This document shows, one piece after another, positions 37,846-40,889 of a stretch of 40,889 nucleotides of DNA. This stretch comes from Elusimicrobiota bacterium (GTDB lineage: Bacteria; Elusimicrobiota; UBA8919). The stretch is taken from NCBI GenBank assembly GCA_043816185.1, contig JBDRIG010000050.1:1-40889 (forward strand), in the 5' to 3' direction. A program made the translations under genes and the position numbers. The notes under the pieces are model-generated. The model worked only from the letters and a program-made list of their open reading frames with translations. It was not told the DNA's origin and ran no database searches. Position 1 is the stretch's first letter. Each line of letters starts with the position of its first letter.

Positions 37846-40616
37846 TTCGCCACCACAATCGTTCCGTTGAACACTTTTTTATCTGCTTCAATTTGATAGA
37901 TATAAATTCCAGATGTTACAACATTTCCATTGGCATTTTTACCGTTCCATTTGAGACTTCCTCCACTAAAATCACCATTTGCCATATCACAAACAAATGC
38001 ACCGTTGATATCAAAAATTTTACCACTTATACCTGCATCATTACCTTCATACATAAAGTTGACAACATCATTCCACCCGTCGCCATTAGGGGTAAATATT
38101 CTCGGATAAACTTTTGTCAACGAGAATTTAACTGCTTTCAAGGATTGACGCAACTGGTATTTTCCGCCTTTTTTTGACTTAACGGAAATAGATCGCTGAT
38201 TGGTATCAACATCGCCACCAACTTTCACCCATTCAATCCCGTTGAACCAGAACAATGAAAGATTAGTAGCCGCTTGATTCTCAGGAACCGACATAAAACC
38301 AGGTGCACTTATATATCCATTAGAAACATCGTAAGAAATTTTTATATCCGCAACCGCCCGTGAAAATGATAGCCCAGTTACTATCTCCCCAGTTAACATT
38401 TTCTTCGGCAAAAATGCGAATGATTTTATTGTTTTATCTGTTTCCTCGGAGGTCAGGCGAACTACATCAAAATAGATATTGTCACCAAACGAGTTTGTTT
38501 CCCTGTAAAGTATGCTCGAAATTTCTGATGGAATTACAATTGCTGTTTTTGGATTATCATATCTATAGAACGCAATGTTTGTATCGATAGATGAATCAAC
38601 CCGTGCAGATGGTAGCGACACATTGGCGGATAAATCGTGTGTCGTAAGCAGATAGTGGTATGTCGATCCACCAGTGTAAGTTGTTGTTGATGTGGCTATT
38701 ACTGGGAGTGCAAAAGCAGTAGTGGTACCTTCAATTGCCGTCGAGCGATAAAGCATATAATGCGATAAATCAGTTGCTGTTGTATTGTCTACTGATTTTG
38801 TTACTGGCTCCCACGAAATCGTTAAATAATTTTTGTCTTGCGACATTGCAACTTTTAATCCTCTCGGTTCACACGGTGAAACTCTATCTGTTGCTGGCGG
38901 TGCAATAGCCAAAGTTGTTGCGAGATTGGAATAGTTAGGTCTTGCATCGTAAGCATAAGCGGTATAAAAATATTGTACAGAAGATACAAGATTAGGATGT
39001 ACATAATTTGTTCCCATTCCTTTATATATGATGTGACCATCAAAATCACCAATATTGTAATTCGTACCTGCCACAGGATTAAACGATGAGTAAGTTTCAG
39101 TTGAATAAATAATCAACACACCTGAAAGATCACTATCAGATGGATTTGTCCATGTAAACTGAATCTCCTTACCGTTGGGCACATAAAGTGGTGTTGCAAC
39201 AAAATTTGAAACCGCTGCTGGCTGTGTTTGATCTTGCGTCAACACTTGTAGTGAATTTGACCAATTTGAAGATAATCCAGCATCGTCGATTGAAACCAAG
39301 CAGAACCACCAAGTTGTTTTATCTAATAATCCTGTAACCGTATATGACTGTGGACTACTTATAACAGTTGAGGTAGAGATAGATCGACGATTAGAAGTTG
39401 GTACTGAGTTCCACGCCACCTCCGCTGGTATAGCACCTATCGACGAAAATCTGATATCATAAAAACCAGGTGCAAGATCGTCGGTTGGACTTTGTGACCT
39501 ACCAATATTTTCAGTTGGTGCGTTCCATTTTAGTTCAATAGATGTAAATCCAATAGAACCAACAGAAAGCGTAACGGCATCAGGTAGTTTATTGTCGACG
39601 GCAACTGGACAAAATGCGTTTATATTCACGGTTGGATTGTCAGCAGTTGACTGCCATATAGACCAATTATCGATATCATCTCTTGCCTTTATTGCAAAAT
39701 AATATGTTGCGCCTTCTGGCAATCCCGAAACAAGATATGACTGCTGTGTGCCTGGTGTAATATTGTTTGCGACAATAGTTATCGTCTGACCAATTAAATC
39801 ATAATTTGATGTTGTAATTATTTGCTGTGCGTATTTTATTTTGAATAAACCTATTAATGCTCCAGAAGTTTCATCATCTCCAGGCGATGTCCATTGAAGT
39901 TGAATTTCTCCCTCGTAATTTCCCGTGAGTGCAGTTAAATCTGTAATAGGACTTGGTGCAACGATATCGTTTCTCACGGTAGTAGATGAGACATTAAAAT
40001 CTGTCGCTAAATAATGCCCTGAATCTTCCGCTCGTATCGCGAAATAAACAATCTTGCTATAATAATCGGCTGAAAGTGTTGTGATTTCCGAGCGAGAATA
40101 TCCATAGCCATTGCCGATTTCCGACCAGCCCTGTGCATATTCTGATGCTTGGTTCCACCATTCGGTTTTATCATCACCAAATACAGCAAGCGAGTTTGTA
40201 GAATATCTCAGATGATAAGGCCAATTAAGAATGAGTTCGCCTAATTGAGGCGACGGGTCTTCCGCTGGAACCGTCCAGTTAATATCGACTTCACCAAGAC
40301 CTGTACCCATTGTCGTAACTAAATTTGTCACCGACGTTGGAGGTCCGAAATTAGGTCGGACAGTCATCAGTGTTGTATCAGGATTGGCGGCGTAGAGGGC
40401 AGTGTAAAGTACAAAATGTAAGACGTAAAGTAAAAAAGCAATAGCAGTAATACGACGATATGGCAATATGGTGATATGCAGGGCGATGTGTAGAAGACAG
40501 ACAATACGATGATATGATGATGTAGCAATATACAAAATCTGTATATGCATATTAGCACATAAGCATATCAGCGATTTTATTAATATCTTCAATATCTGGT
40601 AATTTTTCCTGTTCAT
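37842..40616 (-). CDS. Large secreted fibronectin-III-repeat protein with gliding-motility/FlgD-Ig-like C-terminal domain
   Basis: Repeated P..ITDL..L.W..P..YYFAI.A.D..N.S units; C-terminal FTPNGDGWND..SGIYIYQI..GTIVVAK; start uncertain because the N-terminus is repeat-derived. Confidence 0.8.
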   Translation of the reverse strand: MNRKNYQILKILIKSLICLCANMHIQILYIATSSYHRIVCLLHIALHITILPYRRITAIAFLLYVLHFVLYTALYAANPDTTLMTVRPNFGPPTSVTNLVTTMGTGLGEVDINWTVPAEDPSPQLGELILNWPYHLRYSTNSLAVFGDDKTEWWNQASEYAQGWSEIGNGYGYSRSEITTLSADYYSKIVYFAIRAEDSGHYLATDFNVSSTTVRNDIVAPSPITDLTALTGNYEGEIQLQWTSPGDDETSGALIGLFKIKYAQQIITTSNYDLIGQTITIVANNITPGTQQSYLVSGLPEGATYYFAIKARDDIDNWSIWQSTADNPTVNINAFCPVAVDNKLPDAVTLSVGSIGFTSIELKWNAPTENIGRSQSPTDDLAPGFYDIRFSSIGAIPAEVAWNSVPTSNRRSISTSTVISSPQSYTVTGLLDKTTWWFCLVSIDDAGLSSNWSNSLQVLTQDQTQPAAVSNFVATPLYVPNGKEIQFTWTNPSDSDLSGVLIIYSTETYSSFNPVAGTNYNIGDFDGHIIYKGMGTNYVHPNLVSSVQYFYTAYAYDARPNYSNLATTLAIAPPATDRVSPCEPRGLKVAMSQDKNYLTISWEPVTKSVDNTTATDLSHYMLYRSTAIEGTTTAFALPVIATSTTTYTGGSTYHYLLTTHDLSANVSLPSARVDSSIDTNIAFYRYDNPKTAIVIPSEISSILYRETNSFGDNIYFDVVRLTSEETDKTIKSFAFLPKKMLTGEIVTGLSFSRAVADIKISYDVSNGYISAPGFMSVPENQAATNLSLFWFNGIEWVKVGGDVDTNQRSISVKSKKGGKYQLRQSLKAVKFSLTKVYPRIFTPNGDGWNDVVNFMYEGNDAGISGKIFDINGAFVCDMANGDFSGGSLKWNGKNANGNVVTSGIYIYQIEADKKVFNGTIVVAK

Positions 40617-40656
40617 TTTATTTTGTACTATTTTATTTTGTACTATTTTATTTTGT
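40615..40656. repeat. 15-bp tandem repeat (ATTTTATTTTGTACT) x2.8
   Basis: Direct reading; abuts the putative start codon. Confidence 0.85.
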
Positions 40657-40732
40657 CCCCCGTTTTAGAGGATGTTTTTTTCAACTTTCAAACAAAGTAA
40701 ATTTTTAATCAACTGAAGTCGAGCGTAATTTA

Positions 40733-40885
40733 TAAATGGGCAGGACGTAAATGGGCGGGACGGAGTTGCCAAAATTTCTTCCCCCGAAGTCCCGATTTTC
40801 ATCGAGAACCCAACAAAAGTTGGGAAATTTTTGGAGAACTTCCGTACCCGCCCAAAACTGAAAAATTGCCGTACCCGCCCAAAAA
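40733..40885. repeat. Long GC-rich palindromic element with doubled arms
   Basis: TGGGCGGGACGGAGTTGCCAAAATTTC (40752) pairs imperfectly with GAAATTTTTGGAGAACTTCCGTACCCGCCCA (to 40854); both outer arms are locally duplicated. Confidence 0.7.
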
Positions 40886-40889
40886 AATT

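Noticed and set aside
563-38590. All plus-strand ORFs and short alternate-frame minus ORFs in the track
   Set aside because: Nearly all overlap well-supported minus-strand genes; the rest lie over intergenic repeats or debris, and none has a recognisable motif

Overview
AT-rich bacterial chromosomal window with every credible gene on the minus strand; gene content suggests Elusimicrobiota (inference only). In transcription order it carries two repeated [C-terminal-sorting-domain protein + PorV-like barrel] modules around a sensor kinase, polA-coaE-rho-M23 peptidase-rpmE-prfA-prmC-murA, a partial his operon (D,B,H,A,F,I), lepB, a partial trp operon (E,G,D,C,F), a BRO-N gene, vanZ, an intein-containing UvrD helicase-nuclease, rmuC, tRNA-Glu(CTC), a divergent sigma-54-like gene and a pilin/chaperone-like pair. 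The most striking signal is three antirepressor-like DNA-binding genes (two ORF6N + PLD-like paralogues, one BRO-N) lodged in or beside the trp/his operons. Each has a DNA palindrome inside its coding sequence. The two ORF6N palindromes are perfect, sit at the same protein position and differ by four compensatory base-pair changes. One ORF6N gene is bounded by a recoded 51-bp duplicate of the trpG 3' end, with no integrase in the window. The region is also full of small repeats: MITE-like and REP-like elements (one nested in another), heptamer arrays and palindromes lying in frame within housekeeping genes, and gene-fragment debris. All product calls are by motif recognition; no searches were run.
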